DNA of 64,000 nucleotides, filler included, from Blastocystis sp. subtype 4 (GCF_000743755.1; 49 parts of 49 records of this genome joined end to end with filler, not necessarily neighbours in it), one strand, 5' to 3'; shown: positions 25,375 to 40,245, counted from the whole stretch's first letter. The notes: generated by a model not told the origin, from the letters alone. Translations and numbers: made by a program.

Positions 25375-26554
25375 ATTGTTGCTATTGATGATACTCAACT
25401 CACATCCTATTTCGATGCAATGGTTCGTTTGATGTCATCAGAACAATCTGAATCTCATATCTGGGAATTCACTGCTACAACTACTGGTATCGATGGAGCT
25501 GGTACTTATCCTTTCGATATGTACTATGATACCGACATCTCTTCTTCATCCTGTACTGATAATTCTCTGATTGTGACTCTATCAAACAATCGTCGTGAAT
25601 GGATCAGTTCTATTCAGATCCAGAACCATTATTCAGCATCTACTAGTGGTAACCAGGCTACACAATTCAAATTGTATGGTCGTAACTGGGATTTTGTAAC
25701 ATGGACACTTCTGAAGGAAGTCACTGGTCTCACTTATTCAACTGTTGGTCAGAAGAGAAGAATCTATCTGTCTAACAATACTCCTTATAATCAATTCAAG
25801 TTTGAGAACTTTGCTACTGGTGATTCTTCTTGTGCTTGGAGAGTTCAATCTCTGGATCTGTTTGCTGATAATGTGTTGGCTGATATTCCTAACTTCACTT
25901 ATGATTCTTCAGTCACTGTATTCAAGGATGTTGAGATGTCTGAAGTGATTCCTGAGAATGGAGATGGTTACATGAACTTCAGAATCAATCCTTCTCTTCC
26001 TGATGGTATTGTGTTGGATCCTCACACTGGTTGGATCTCAGGTACTGCCACTGCTGAGAGTACTGCTCAAACCTACACAATCACTGCTACTAAGATGACT
26101 GGAGGAGATGTGACTGCCACTATCTCTCTATCAGTTTCAATATGTACTGGAGGTAAGGGATTGATGACTGTTCGTATCAGAGCTGATTCTTATCCCTCTC
26201 AGAATTCATGGAAGCTGTATGAAGGAAGAGGAACCTCAGGAACTGTGCTGAGATCTGTAAGCGAGTTCCCTGTATCAAGTGCTTATTACTATGTTGATTT
26301 CTGTTTGAATGATGGAATCTACACATTTGAGGGATCTGATATATATGGAGATGGTTGGGATAGTGGAACTGGTTACACTCTGACTGTTGATTATGGAGAG
26401 ATGGAGTTGGATATGATGACAATGAATAGACAGGATTACAAACCGATCTATGTATCTTCTGTGTTCTCAACATATTTCCCTTTCCAGATTGAATACACAG
26501 ATTGGAAGGTGATACAGAGTGATGTGTCAAGTGATTGGAATACTGTCAGTTTCG
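25375..26554 (+). CDS. Surface-protein module A fragment
   Basis: Open paralog. Confidence 0.85.
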
Positions 26555-27409
26555 NNNNNNNNNNNNNNNNNNNNNNNNNNNNNNNNNNNNNNNNNNNNTT
26601 AATTAATTAANNNNNNNNNNNNNNNNNNNNNNNNNNNNNNNNNNNNNNNNNNNNACATTAATCAACTAGTATCTTTACCCCTTAATCCCCTTATAACATC
26701 AACTACTATTTAAACATACTCTCTTTTTATTATCTTTTTCATTATGGGTTACTCATTTTCATCAATTCCACTTCATTCTCATTCTCTTTCACTTCTATCA
26801 CTTCTTCTCCTCTCTTACATACTCCTCTCATTTCTTCTTTATCAACATTCAAATTCAACATACAATTCTTATTATCATTCAATACACTCTCTTTCAAGTA
26901 CTCTTTCCACTTCATTCTCCATTCTATTCCATTCATCTTCTTTGTTGTTGATTTAACATTATCTACTTTCATTCTCTTATTATCAATCTTTGATCAATTA
27001 AGAAATGAATATGATCTTTCTGTTCAACATTACCTGTTATTCATTCACGGGAATCGAATCAATTCATCAATCTCTCATTTCAGCAATACCACAATTCGGA
27101 TCCCCAAATACGCCATTCCACATTAGCCCATTTCATTCATTTCAATCCACATTCACTTTCATTCATATCTCACTATTCTACTATCATCTCTTCATTCCTA
27201 TTCAATATTACTGAATACAATCACGGGAATATCATTTTCATCATTCATTACTCATATCATTCATTTCTTATTTCCATTTATATCTATACTCTCATACCAT
27301 ATCAATTCTATTCATATCTCACAATTCATGTCAATCACTTTCAATCACATAAGTTGGTATCATGCATTAAGTAATGTCTGTTTCTTATAACATTATTTAT
27401 TTGATATGA

Positions 27410-27820
27410 TTGTTGTTGATTGTAGTATCAATCATCTCATTCTATTCTTCACATTCTGTTTCATTCTTCATTCTACTCTCATTTCTAGTTATCCTTTCTT
27501 ACTCTATTCAATGCTCATCTAATCAGGATTATGTTAAGATCACTAAGTATACTGGCACTTATCCTAATCGAGAGTCATTTGAGATTGTATCTGGATCATC
27601 TACTCTATTCACTTCTCCTTCATTCTCAAACAATAAACAATATGTTTATGAAGTCTGTTTGAATGCTTCTTCTAATCATATCTACACTCTTATCATGAAA
27701 GATTCAGCTAGTAATGGATGGTATGGAGGTGGATGGATCTCAATGAATGATATCAATGATAATACTATCTTCAAGAACACTCAAGTGGTACATGGTCTTC
27801 AGGTGCTTGGATTGAGATAG
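27410..27820 (+). CDS. Signal peptide + N-terminal domain of surface-protein family (truncated)
   Basis: FFILLSFLVILSYSIQC then YTLIMKDSASNGW, related to module A YTFEGADSYGDGW. Confidence 0.55.
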   Translation: MLLIVVSIISFYSSHSVSFFILLSFLVILSYSIQCSSNQDYVKITKYTGTYPNRESFEIVSGSSTLFTSPSFSNNKQYVYEVCLNASSNHIYTLIMKDSASNGWYGGGWISMNDINDNTIFKNTQVVHGLQVLGLR

Positions 27821-27937
27821 AAGGAATGAATGGAAACNNNNNNNNNNNNNNNNNNNNNNNNNNNNNNNNNNNNNNNNNNNNTTAATTAATTAANNNNNNN
27901 NNNNNNNNNNNNNNNNNNNNNNNNNNNNNNNNNNNNN

Positions 27938-29116
27938 CCATTGTTGCTATTGCTGACAGTTACACCACATCCTATTTCGATGCAATGGTTCGTTTGATGT
28001 CATCAGAACAATCTGAATCTCATATCTGGGAATTCACTGCAAGTATGTCTGGAATTACTGGAACTGCAACCAATCCATTCGATATGGATTATTCCTCTTA
28101 CATCTATTCCTATTCCTGTGCTGCCAATTCTCTGACTGTGACTCTATCAAACAATCGTCGTGAATGGATCAGTTCTGTTCAGATTCAGAACTATTACTCT
28201 GCATCATCATATACTGGCCAGGAGACAACTCAATTCAATATGTATGGTCGTAACTTGGGAACAGATGAATGGACACTTCTGAAGGAAGTCACTGGTCTCA
28301 CTTATTCCACTGTTGGTCAGAAGAAGAGAATCTATCTGTCTAACAATACTCCTTACAATCAATTCAAGTTTGAGAACTTTGGTACTGGTAATCCTTCTTC
28401 TTGTACTTGGAGAGTTCAATCTCTGGATCTGTTTGCTGATAATGTGTTGGCTGATATTCCTAACTTCACTTATGATTCTTCAGTCACTATATTCAAGAAT
28501 GTTGAGATGGCTGAAGTGATTCCTCAGAATAATGATCATTACATGAACTTCAGAGTCTCTCCTGCTCTCCCTGCTGGTATTGTGTTGGATCCTTATACTG
28601 GTTGGATTTCAGGTACTGCCACTTCTGAGAGTGCTGCTCAAACCTACACCATCACTGCTACTAAGATTTAGTGGAGGAGATGTGACTGCTACTATCTCTC
28701 TATCAGTTACAATTTGCACAAATGGCAAGAGTCTGATGACTGTTCGATTCAGAGCAGATACCTATCCCAATGAGAATTCATGGAAACTGTATCAGGGAAG
28801 AGGAACCTCAGGAACTGTTCTTCAATCAGTATTTCCATTCCCTGTAGAGTTGACGTATTATTACATTGATTTCTGTTTGAATGATGGAATCTACACATTC
28901 CAAGGAGGTGATACATATGGAGATGGGTGGCAGGTTGCAACTGGTTACACTCTGACTGTTGATTATGGAGAGATGGAGTTAGATATCATGGAAATGAATA
29001 GTGGAACGAAACCTGTGTATGTATCAACTGTGTTCTCAACATATTTCCCTTTCCAGATTGAATACACAGATTGGAAGGTGATACAGAGTGATGTGTCAAG
29101 TGATTGGAATACTGTC
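27938..29116 (+). pseudogene. Module A copy with +1 frameshift near 28668
   Basis: AAGATTTAGTGG versus paralog AAGATTAGTGG; could be a homopolymer error. Confidence 0.7.
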
Positions 29117-29216
29117 NNNNNNNNNNNNNNNNNNNNNNNNNNNNNNNNNNNNNNNNNNNNTTAATTAATTAANNNNNNNNNNNNNNNNNNNNNNNNNNNN
29201 NNNNNNNNNNNNNNNN

Positions 29217-30393
29217 GATCCTCTAGCAGCCTGAGACCAACCTGATGTATCATCACCAAACCAATTGTTAGGTACTTCACCCATCTTATAATACCATTGT
29301 TCTGAATGATTGATAACAGGACGATGAAGATATATATCATGTTCATTACCCTCAAAAGAATCATATCGTCCTTTCAGAACCATCTCCTCTTCACCATCAG
29401 GTAACAAAGAATACATATAGAAATAAGAATCGGAAGTCCAGTAGGTGGAAGTGGAATCAAAGATCACATCAAATCGATCAACAGTGATACAGAGATAATG
29501 AGTCCAATCTTGACTGGCAGGATGAGAATGACCAGATTGAATCTGATACACAATGTTGTCATTCGATGAATCACGAATTCTGAAGAATTCATTCTGAGGA
29601 CTGCTCTTGTATGTTCGAACAATCTTGTAATAAGTACCTGCACATTCCATGAAAGCAAGACTAATTGTAACTTGACTTTGAGCTGTTGCCATCTGAGCCG
29701 TTACTTGATAGGAAGTCATTGGAGAAACCACATTGGATCGTCCAGAGATTATACAAGTGTTGGGATCAATACTCACTCCATCAGGAAGAGAAGGTGAGAT
29801 TGAACAGCCATAGTATCCATAGGATTGAGGAATAATACTGACATAATCATAGTATTGCATATATGAGTATGATGCCTCTGGATAATCGATCACTGGAGGA
29901 ATCGGACGATTACAGATCATGAACTGAATCTCATAAAGGTAAACAGATGTAGACTGAGAGGATTGAGCTGTCAGTCTCAACAGTGAGTACTGAGGAGCTG
30001 ATACTACTCTATTCCACTGTTGCCATTCACTAGAAGTGAATACAGCTCCGGAGACTGAAGTAATCATTTCCCAGGATGATGGAGTTGACATAGATCCTTC
30101 TAACGTGAAAGTACTGACACTCAAAGTCGGACTGGTATATGGCCAGATACGGATAGAATTGATCATAGGTTTAGTAGATCCAGAGAAGCCATAGGTGATA
30201 GTACCAGGAGGAGAAGACGTAGTAGCAGAAGTAGTTCGGGTCCAAGCGACGGAGTTATCAGGATTAGTGAAGTCAGTAGAATCAGAGACAATAATATTAG
30301 GATAAACGAAGCAATTGTTGGTTGAGTTCATTCCAGCCAATAGAGATAAGAATCCATTGAATTGAATGATCTCTTCATGATTTGAATCTGTGA
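29217..30393 (-). CDS. Surface-protein module C fragment
   Basis: Open paralog of 6620..7818. Confidence 0.85.
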
Positions 30394-30493
30394 NNNNNNN
30401 NNNNNNNNNNNNNNNNNNNNNNNNNNNNNNNNNNNNNTTAATTAATTAANNNNNNNNNNNNNNNNNNNNNNNNNNNNNNNNNNNNNNNNNNNN

Positions 30494-31708
30494 TTCTGGA
30501 TGATATCAACTGAGCAAGACTAGATGCATCTACATCTGAATCAACAATCCAATCATCAACTATTCACTTCAAGAGTGTGAGTGTATTGGAATTGATAAGA
30601 ACTAGATACTTCAATAGTGAGAGGTGATCGAACATCTATTGTTTGATACTTCCAAATGTGATACTTTCTAACCTTACAAAACCCATATTCCCAAATACAT
30701 AATTACCAGTCATGCTTAGTGTCCTCAAAGATGGTAGATCTGATGATTAGAACTGTTAACATAACATACTCCTCATGATAAGAGTATTCTTATAGTAATA
30801 GGGAATTACATCAGTTGTCTTTGTAGAAGTCGAACCTTTCAAGCAATAACTCCATAATCGTAACACTGTCAACTTAGGAAGATCTGATATGTTCAATTCC
30901 TATTATCACATACTTTCAAATACTACATATTCTGCATTCTGGAAGGCATTATTTCCTAGAACAATAGTCTCCAATGATGGCAAGTCTACAATCCATCTCT
31001 TCCATCATTCATACCTCTGAATACTGCATTACGAGCATTATAAAAACCATAATTACCCATTACAACAGATATCAGTTGAGGCAACTCAGACAATTCAAAT
31101 CCATTGTATCGACGAAATGACCAATATCCAATACTCAAACTCTTCAATTGTGGACAATTCATAATCTTGAACTCACTGCCCTCCCATAAAGAACCATCAC
31201 TCCCAAAACTGTTATCACCAATACTGACTGATTCAAGCCAATTGAGTCCCACTATCGAGAATAACTGAACATATCCGAAACAGCTATTACCAATCACAAC
31301 CCTTCGAAGAAACTTGAATGAACTCAAATCAACAGCAGTAATGGTATCTTCATTACATGAATTGGCAGTTACAGTCAGTGCAGTTACATCCCAAGGAATA
31401 CTCAACAAGGTATTGCGATTATTCACTGTGTATCTAGTCATCAATCAACACTCAATTCCTCACGAATGACTCAATGAACTCAGACTATTCTCACCAATAA
31501 TCACTTCATTCAACAATTCATATTCAACACCTGTGATATTCACAATCTCATTCAGAGAGTTCTTTCCAATCACTAATGACTTCAAATGAACAAATCGACT
31601 CAAATCCAAAGAAGTGAAATTGACTTCATTACAACAATTGTCACCAATCATCAACTTACTGATCACAGAAGGAGCATTCACAACACTCATCATATCATTC
31701 GCTTCATA
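30494..31708 (-). CDS. LRR protein fragment (family B), multi-exon
   Basis: Third paralog, same introns. Confidence 0.85.
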
Positions 31709-31808
31709 NNNNNNNNNNNNNNNNNNNNNNNNNNNNNNNNNNNNNNNNNNNNTTAATTAATTAANNNNNNNNNNNNNNNNNNNNNNNNNNNNNNNNNNNN
31801 NNNNNNNN

Positions 31809-32983
31809 TGCTTCTGAAGTGAGTGAATCGAATGTGTTGTCTGTTGAAGTCCATTTCACAGATTCAAATCATGAAGAGATCATTCAATTCAATGGATTCT
31901 TATCTCTGTTGGCTGGAATGACTTCAACCAACAATTGCTTCGTTTATCCTTATCCTGTTACTGCCTCTTCTACTGACTTCACTCGTCCTAGTGATGCTGT
32001 TGATTGGTATCATGGCTCATATGCATATTCCAGTAATCTTCCTAGTTCGATGATGTTTGATTACTCTGGTTCTGTTCCACTCATCAATTCTTATCGATTA
32101 TGGCCTCACATTAATCCTGAGCTTTCTCCTTCTTCATTCTCTATTGAAGGATCTGTATCAACTGATGATTCTTGGAACATGATCTTCTCTCCATTCAATG
32201 TTGGTTACATATGGTGTGAATGGAAACAGTTTGATCTTGTTTCTCTTCCTCACAGATATCCTCTTCTTCGATTCACTGTTCTGCCTTCTTCTATCAATCG
32301 TGCTTTTCTGTATGAACTTCAATTCCTTGTTTGTAATCGTCCTATTCCCACTACTGTAGATTATCCTGAAACACAGTATTCCTATTTGAGATACTATGAT
32401 GAAGTCATCATAGTTCCAAGATCATTTGGGTATTCTGGTTGTTCAATCTCACCTGTTCTTCCTGATGGAGTGAGTATTGATCCCAACACTTGTATCATCT
32501 CTGGAAGATCAAATGTTGCATCTCCATTGACTTCCTATCAGATCACAACTCATATTGTGACTCCTCCAGTTCAAACCACTCTTAGTCTTGCATTTACTGA
32601 GTGTATTGGTACCTATTACAAGATAATTAGAACACACAAGGGTAGTCCTCAAACTGAATTCTTCCGAATTCGTGATACATCCAGTGAGAGTATTCTCTAT
32701 CAGATCAATTCAGGTCATTCACATCCTGCAAATACTGATTGGACATATTATCTGTGTATCATTGTTGATCAATTTGATGTTACCTTCTATTCCACTTCTA
32801 CATATTGGTCATATGGCTCGTATTTCTATTTGTATGCTATGTTACCTGATGGTGAAGAGGAGATGGTTCTGAAAGGACGATATGATGCGAATCAAGGCAA
32901 TGTTCATCATCATTATGTTCGTCGTCCTTCTATCAATCATTCAGAACAATGGTATTATAAGATGGGTGAAGTGCCTACCAATT
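31809..32983 (+). CDS. Surface-protein module C fragment
   Basis: Open paralog. Confidence 0.85.
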
Positions 32984-33083
32984 NNNNNNNNNNNNNNNNN
33001 NNNNNNNNNNNNNNNNNNNNNNNNNNNTTAATTAATTAANNNNNNNNNNNNNNNNNNNNNNNNNNNNNNNNNNNNNNNNNNNN

Positions 33084-34253
33084 TGTTGAAGTCCATTTCA
33101 CAGATTCAAATCATGAAGAGATCATTCAATTCAATGGATTCTTATCTCTATTGGCTGGAATGAGTTCAACCAACAATTGCTTTGGTCATTATGAGACTTC
33201 TGTGGTTGCTTTTAATGAGTTCAATAATGCTGCTGCATCCGTCTCCTGGACTAGAAACACGGCGGCTCAGAACTACTTTCCTCCTGGTTCAATCACCTTT
33301 GAGTTTCAAGGCTCTGCTAAACCTCTCTTCAACTCTTTCCGAATCTGGCCATACACTTATCCCACTCGATCACCTAGTGCATTCACTCTAGAAGGAGGTG
33401 TGTCTACTGCATCATCATGGGAAACGTTTTCTTCTGTCTCTGGAGCTGTTTACACTTCTCTTGAATGGAAACAATGGGATATGGTGAGTACTGCTCCACA
33501 GTATCCGTTAGTCAGATTTACGGCTCAACTAGCCCAGCAGGCTCCTATTTCTGTTTATGGAATCCAGTTCCTTATCTGCAATCGCCCTCCTCCAACAAGT
33601 GTCGATTATCCTGAGACACAGTATTCCTATTTGAGATACTATGATGAAGTCAACATCGCTCCGAGTTCGTATGGTTATTCTGGTTGTTCAATCTCACCTG
33701 CTCTTCCTGATGGAGTGAGTTTTAATCCTAACAGTTGTGTCATCTCTGGAAGATCGAATGTGGCATCTCCATTAACTACCTATCAGATCACGGCCCTAAT
33801 AGGAACAACTCAAGTACAAACATCAATCAGTATTGCTTTCACTGAGTGTGTTGGTACCTATTACAAGATTGTGCGATCTTACAAGACCAATCCTCAGAAT
33901 GAGTTCTTCCGAATTCGTGATACATCTAATGATGAACTCATTTATGAAGTTCAATCAGGTCACACGCATCCTTCCAATGCTGATTGGACTCATTATCTCT
34001 GTATCACTGTTGATCGATTTGATGTCACCTTTGATTCCACCTCTATATTCTGGGCTCCTAACTCCTACTATTACATGTATGCTATGTTGGCTGATGGTGA
34101 AGAGGAGATGGTTCTGAAAGGACGATATGATGCGAATCAAGGAAATGTTCATACTCACTATCTTCGTCGTCCTTCTATCAATCATTCAGAACAATGGTAT
34201 TATAAGATGGGTGAAGTGCCTACCAATTGGTTTGGTGATGATACATCAGGTTG
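33084..34253 (+). CDS. Surface-protein module C fragment
   Basis: Open paralog. Confidence 0.85.
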
Positions 34254-34353
34254 NNNNNNNNNNNNNNNNNNNNNNNNNNNNNNNNNNNNNNNNNNNNTTA
34301 ATTAATTAANNNNNNNNNNNNNNNNNNNNNNNNNNNNNNNNNNNNNNNNNNNN

Positions 34354-34682
34354 GGAATAGAACAGTGATGGAGAATATCATATATCCAACAGTCAAGTGT
34401 TCTTTGACTAAGAAATGTATCACTCCTATTGGTAGTCATCGAAGGAATCACATACAAGATCAATCAGTTATCTCCATTATCGTTCAGTCTTTGAGCATTC
34501 ATCAGGCATGTGATCCTCAGTATCGTTCATCAGTTAGTTTTCATCAAGATGCTGAGAAGTGTAACAATCAAATTGATACATACAGAAGGCTTCTTCAGAC
34601 ATTGAAATCCAAATACAACATTACAGTCACAAGCAATACTCTCAATTCTGTTTTAGAGAATCATATGCTATTCTATAACTGA
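34354..34682 (+). CDS. 3' end of DUF1647/glycosyltransferase-like protein
   Basis: CITPIGSHRRNHIQDQSVISII motif. Confidence 0.45.
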
Positions 34683-34750
34683 TGTTCTTCTATTTGTTTT
34701 AATAATGAAACACATAATAACTGTAACAACAATGAAAGCATATTATTCAT

Positions 34751-35518
34751 ATGATGAGCTGTCAAGGAAGAGTATTATCCGTATTCCTTATTGTCTGTAT
34801 TGCTATCAACAGGTATTATTATGTGTATTCTAATAGTGGAATCCAATCGATTCAATTAAGAAGGAGTAATGATATCATTCTGTTAGTGATGTCCATTACT
34901 ACACCAGAAGATGTAATCCATTTTCAAAGTCTTAACTGTAGGTTCCATCACCTAAACTGATTAATACAATGAATGCAATGTCCATCCTTCAAAGAGAATA
35001 CTCATTCAAGGGAGTGATTATTGCTTCATCTCCGAATGTGACTGATTATGCACTAGCATTGAATCTCACAGTTATTAAAGAAGTGGAAAGCAATCCTTAT
35101 GGTCTTCCTTTTCTTAATTCCATTATCAATTCATCAAAATCACTATTTAATGCTTCATTCTATGGATACATGAATAGTGATATCCTATTGAATCCATTGA
35201 TAATCAAAGAAATGACTCTTGTAAAAGAAGCTATTGATAATGGATTACTTGTTCCACCAGTAACAATAGTGTTTGGATTGTGATTGTAGTTGATGATAGG
35301 ATCGAGAGTTGGAAATATCAACATTCATGAAAACATGATTTCAAATCTTACAATAGAATCATACTTCAAAGCAGTATCTAATCTAAGAAAAGAAGTTAGA
35401 ATGCGAAGTCCAACTTGTAGTGTATTGGTTCTTAATGTATCTCATTCTAGGATATCTTCATCTATACTCCTACATATCCTCTTCATTTGATAGCCAATGC
35501 TGTTGTTGGAAGAAGGTG
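34751..35518 (+). CDS. Type II membrane glycosyltransferase-like protein, multi-exon
   Basis: Signal anchor; NPYGLPFL...FYGYMNSDILL; ~30-nt introns. Confidence 0.55.
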
Positions 35519-35618
35519 NNNNNNNNNNNNNNNNNNNNNNNNNNNNNNNNNNNNNNNNNNNNTTAATTAATTAANNNNNNNNNNNNNNNNNNNNNNNNNN
35601 NNNNNNNNNNNNNNNNNN

Positions 35619-36781
35619 CAACCTGATGTATCATCACCAAACCAATTGGTAGGCACTTCACCCATCTTATAATACCATTGTTCTGAATGATTGATAGAAG
35701 GACGACGAAGATAGTGATGATGAACATTATTCTGTTTTGCATCATATCGTCCTTTCAGAACCATTTCCTCTTCACCATCAGGTAACAAATAGTACAAATA
35801 GAAATACGAATCACGAAACCAATAGGAACTAGTCGAATTGAACACGATATCAAATCGATCCATTGACAAACAAAGATAATGAATCCAATCCTTTCTCTCA
35901 GGATGTGTATGGTTAGCTGGAACCTCCAATATCACATCACCAGTAGCTGTATCAAACATACTGAAGGATTCTGACTCAGGAAATGATCGATAAGTTCGAA
36001 GAATCTTATATAGGGAACCTTCACAATCAGTGAATTCCAGATTAAGTTCAGTCATAAATTGAAGACCTTCGGTTACTGACTTGATCGTATATGTTGTTAA
36101 AGGAGATACTTCAGTGGATGATCCAGTGATCACACAATTCTCAAACTTAAGTGAAACTCCATTCGGAAGAGAAGGTCCCACAGTGCAGTTACTAAATGAA
36201 TATAAGACAGGACTGATACTAACAGGTTCAACATATCGAACAAACGAATAGTCTTTCTTTCGATAGGTAATCTCTGTTGGTAATGGATTGTTACAGATAA
36301 GGAACTGGAATTCATAGAGAATAATTCCTCCTATAAAGGAGTTAGTCGTTTTCAGTTTCCATAGTGGATAACGGGAAGGAGAAAACACCAAGTTCCATTG
36401 CTTCCATGTGAACTGTTCATAAACAGGTTCCGTTACATAGAGAAGAGATTTCCATTGCTCCTCTTTGAATCCACCCTCAATCGTAAACACACGCGGAGCT
36501 TGGAGTATATTGTCCTCCATCCAGAAACGGAACGAATTTATAACAGGAGTCACAGACTCTTTGAAATCGAATGTGAGATAACTTAATGTTTTGCCAGTGC
36601 CGAATGAAGATTTCGTCCAAGAGATTACGTTGCTAGCATTCGTGTATCCTTGGTTATCAGAGATTATAGGAGTATATGGAACAACGAAGCAATTGTTGGT
36701 TGAACTCATTCCAGCCAATAAAGATAAGAATCCATTGAATTGAATGATCTCTTCATGATTTGAATCTGTGAAATGGACTTC
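35619..36781 (-). CDS. Surface-protein module C fragment (divergent interior)
   Basis: Ends near-identical to paralogs, interior strongly diverged. Confidence 0.85.
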
Positions 36782-37389
36782 NNNNNNNNNNNNNNNNNNN
36801 NNNNNNNNNNNNNNNNNNNNNNNNNTTAATTAATTAANNNNNNNNNNNNNNNNNNNNNNNNNNNNNNNNNNNNNNNNNNNNAACAATGTCAAATAACTTG
36901 AAGAGTGTATTGCAATAGACTTATTCTTTGTGAGTTGCTTCTCTGTTGTTTTAGTCCTGTTGGTTGTTTGTTTGGATGAACAATGAAGAGTAGAAGTGAA
37001 TTGGATATGTATAGAACTGGTCTGAGGAAGTGTTTTGGATTCACAGGACAAGGATCTCAGTGGGTTGAGTAATAATATCAGCCAGAAATAACTAATATAC
37101 ACCTGAGATAGTGGATATAATAGTAACATGGATTTGAAGTACGGTACCTTTGATATATTATAGTACTTATTACTATTTCCATATCACTGTTTCTGTAGAG
37201 GAAATCATACAGAGTGAAGTCTGTTGCTGGTTATGTGATTTCCACAGTAATGACCTCACCCCCTTTGATAGGAATCGTACTTGATTTGCCTTATTATAAT
37301 TCATTACGTGGATTTTACAATAAAATAATAGCTTTGGAAGCACAGTACAGGGTTTCCGAAAGAAACGAATCTCAGATAATGGTACAGAT

Positions 37390-38041
37390 ATGAGTAATAA
37401 GAGTATGGATAAGGATAACCCATGTCAACGATTTGATGAAGATGATTTGTACGTCTAGAGGTGGATGATGATGTAAAGAAGGCAAGCTACCGATCGTTAT
37501 AAGAATGTTAGCAATCAGACACAGATACGAGATAAAAGATTGTAGGATATTACGTGCGGAGTTGATGCAGATATGTGAATGATGCTTGTCGAAATGTTGA
37601 TAGTGGTTTTGCCTCAAATGCAATCATAACATCGAAGTACACATTTCTTAACTTCATTCCTCTGTTTCTGTGGGAAAACCTTAATCCATGGAATAAGTTT
37701 GCCAATTTCTATTTTGTATGTGTAGCAATCTTAGAGGTATAACAGAATTGGAATTTGTTATATAGTGCATCCCTAGAATCTCTTTGACAAAGGGAGTTCC
37801 TCAGTCACTAGGAGCTCTATCTTTTGTTTTACTTATTGAGGCATTTAATTCCTGTAATTATCTTCTTGTTTTGTCATTGTTAGTAAGAGATGATATCCAC
37901 CGTCATTTAGCTGACAGCAAGGTAAACAACCTCCCTGTCGAGGTGTTGAACAAAGAAACGAAGCAATTCGAGAAGAGAGCTCAGGGATCCATTCTTGTTG
38001 GGGATATTGTGAAAGTGAATGAGGGAGATATCTTTCCAGCG
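37390..38041 (+). CDS. P4-type ATPase (phospholipid flippase), 5' part
   Basis: SNAIITSKYTFLNFIP, ANFYF, DDIHRHLADSKVNN, ILVGDIVKV..IFPA; short introns. Confidence 0.9.
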
Positions 38042-38141
38042 NNNNNNNNNNNNNNNNNNNNNNNNNNNNNNNNNNNNNNNNNNNNTTAATTAATTAANNN
38101 NNNNNNNNNNNNNNNNNNNNNNNNNNNNNNNNNNNNNNNNN

Positions 38142-39296
38142 TGTTGCTATTACTGACAGTTACACCACATCCTATTTCGATGCAGTTGTTCGTTTGATGT
38201 CATCAGAACAATCTGAATCTCATATCTGGGAATTCACTGCAACTATGTCTGGAATCTCTGGAACTGCAACGAATCCATTTGATATGTACTATAGTACTAA
38301 CATCTATTATTCATCCTGTGCTGCCAATTCTCTGACTTTGACTCTATCAAACAATCGTCGTGAATGGATCAGTTCTGTTCAGATTCAGAACTACTACACT
38401 GGGACATACAGTAATCAGAAGGTAACTGAATTCAATCTGTATGGTCGTAACTTGGGTACAGATGAATGGACACTTCTAACCAATGTAACTGGTCTCACTT
38501 ATTCAACTGCTGGTCAGAAGAGAAGAATCTACTTCTCTAACAATACTCCTTACAATCAATTCAAGTTTGAGAACTTTGGTACTGGTGATTCTTCTTCTTG
38601 TGAATGGAGAGTTCAATCTCTGGATCTGTTTGCTGATAATGTGTTGGCTGATATACCTAACTTCACTTATGATTCTCCAATCACTCTATTCAATCAGACA
38701 AAGATGTTTGAAGTGATTCCTCAGAATGGAGATCGTTACATGAACTTCAGAATCAATCCTTCTCTTCCTGCTGGTATTGTGTTAGATCCTCACACTGGTT
38801 GGATCTCAGGTACTGCTACTACTGAGAGTACTACTCAAACCTACACTATCACTGCTACTAAGATTAGTGGAGGAGATGTGACTGATACTATCTCTCTATC
38901 AGTTTCAGTATGTACTGGAGGCAAGGGATTGATGACATTCCGTATCAGAACTGATTCTTATAAGAGTGAGAATTCATGGAAATTGTATGAAGGAAGAGGA
39001 ACCTCAGGAACTGTGTTGAGATCTGTAGAACAATTCCCTGTATCGAATGCTTATTACTATGTTGATTTCTGTTTGAATGATGGAATCTACACATTTGAAG
39101 GAGCTGATTCATATGGAGATGGATGGCAGACTGGAACTGGTTACACTTTGACTGTTGATTTGGGAGAGATGGAGTTGGATATCATGACAATGAATAATGG
39201 AACGAAACCGATCTATGTATCAAGTGTGTTCTCAACATATTTCCCTTTCCAGATTGAATACACAGATTGGAAGGTGATACAGAGTGATGTGTCAAG
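38142..39296 (+). CDS. Surface-protein module A fragment
   Basis: Open paralog. Confidence 0.85.
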
Positions 39297-39396
39297 NNNN
39301 NNNNNNNNNNNNNNNNNNNNNNNNNNNNNNNNNNNNNNNNTTAATTAATTAANNNNNNNNNNNNNNNNNNNNNNNNNNNNNNNNNNNNNNNNNNNN

Positions 39397-39688
39397 CTCG
39401 GAAACCAGCCCATTTAGCAGCATTGTTCAAGTATCCACTCAAACAGGCTTCATTGTATGTCTAGACATCACAACAATTGATCATACATTGTACAGCATAG
39501 TCTCTTCGATTGCAACCTTCAAAACGATCCTCAATGAACTGAGAGATGAACATTCCAAATGCTGAAATCAACATGAAAGCAAGTGAGAGATAGCATAGTC
39601 TTGCTCCAGCCTTCGCTCCCTATCAATCAAGCAACCTTTGCAAATATACTTCAACGAAAATAGCAGAATACTGAGCGAGGGTACTCAT
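39397..39688 (-). CDS. Hypothetical membrane protein, 5' part
   Basis: MSTLAQYSAIFVE, a 30-nt GT-AG intron, then a hydrophobic segment. Confidence 0.35.
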
Positions 39689-40245
39689 GTTGATCAATAC
39701 CAGTAGATATCAAATCCAATAGTAGAAATATGAGGTGATACCAATAATCGCGGTTTCAGTAACACAGTTATGAGAAGTGTTTCTTGCTAATCAAGAATCT
39801 ATCTGTACAGTAGTTTTCTTATCATTTCATTCGATAAATACTAGCATTTGCTGTAATTTTCTTTCAGAGAGTTCTGTAGACAATTAGAATTCAATAGGAG
39901 TCATTCTGTTTTTAAAGTGAAGTTGCATTCTATACCAATCTCTATAATAAACTCATCACAAATGATTCCATAAAGAATTTAAATGCGTTCTCATTTCAAT
40001 GAATCGTCATTGGATTGATGATGAGGCAATGGTCATGTCTACTATCTCATTAGCAATAATCACATCGGCTGAATCAATTATATTCCTATTTCTTGTAAAC
40101 AACCATTCCTTATTATACGAAGGAACTCTCCATCCTTTGAACCCATAATAACAAGATTAGCGTATTATAGAAGAATAGATAATAAATGATAATAAAAACA
40201 AACAAATCCAGTTGGTTTCAAGAAACACAAAGGCATTAACAAGCT

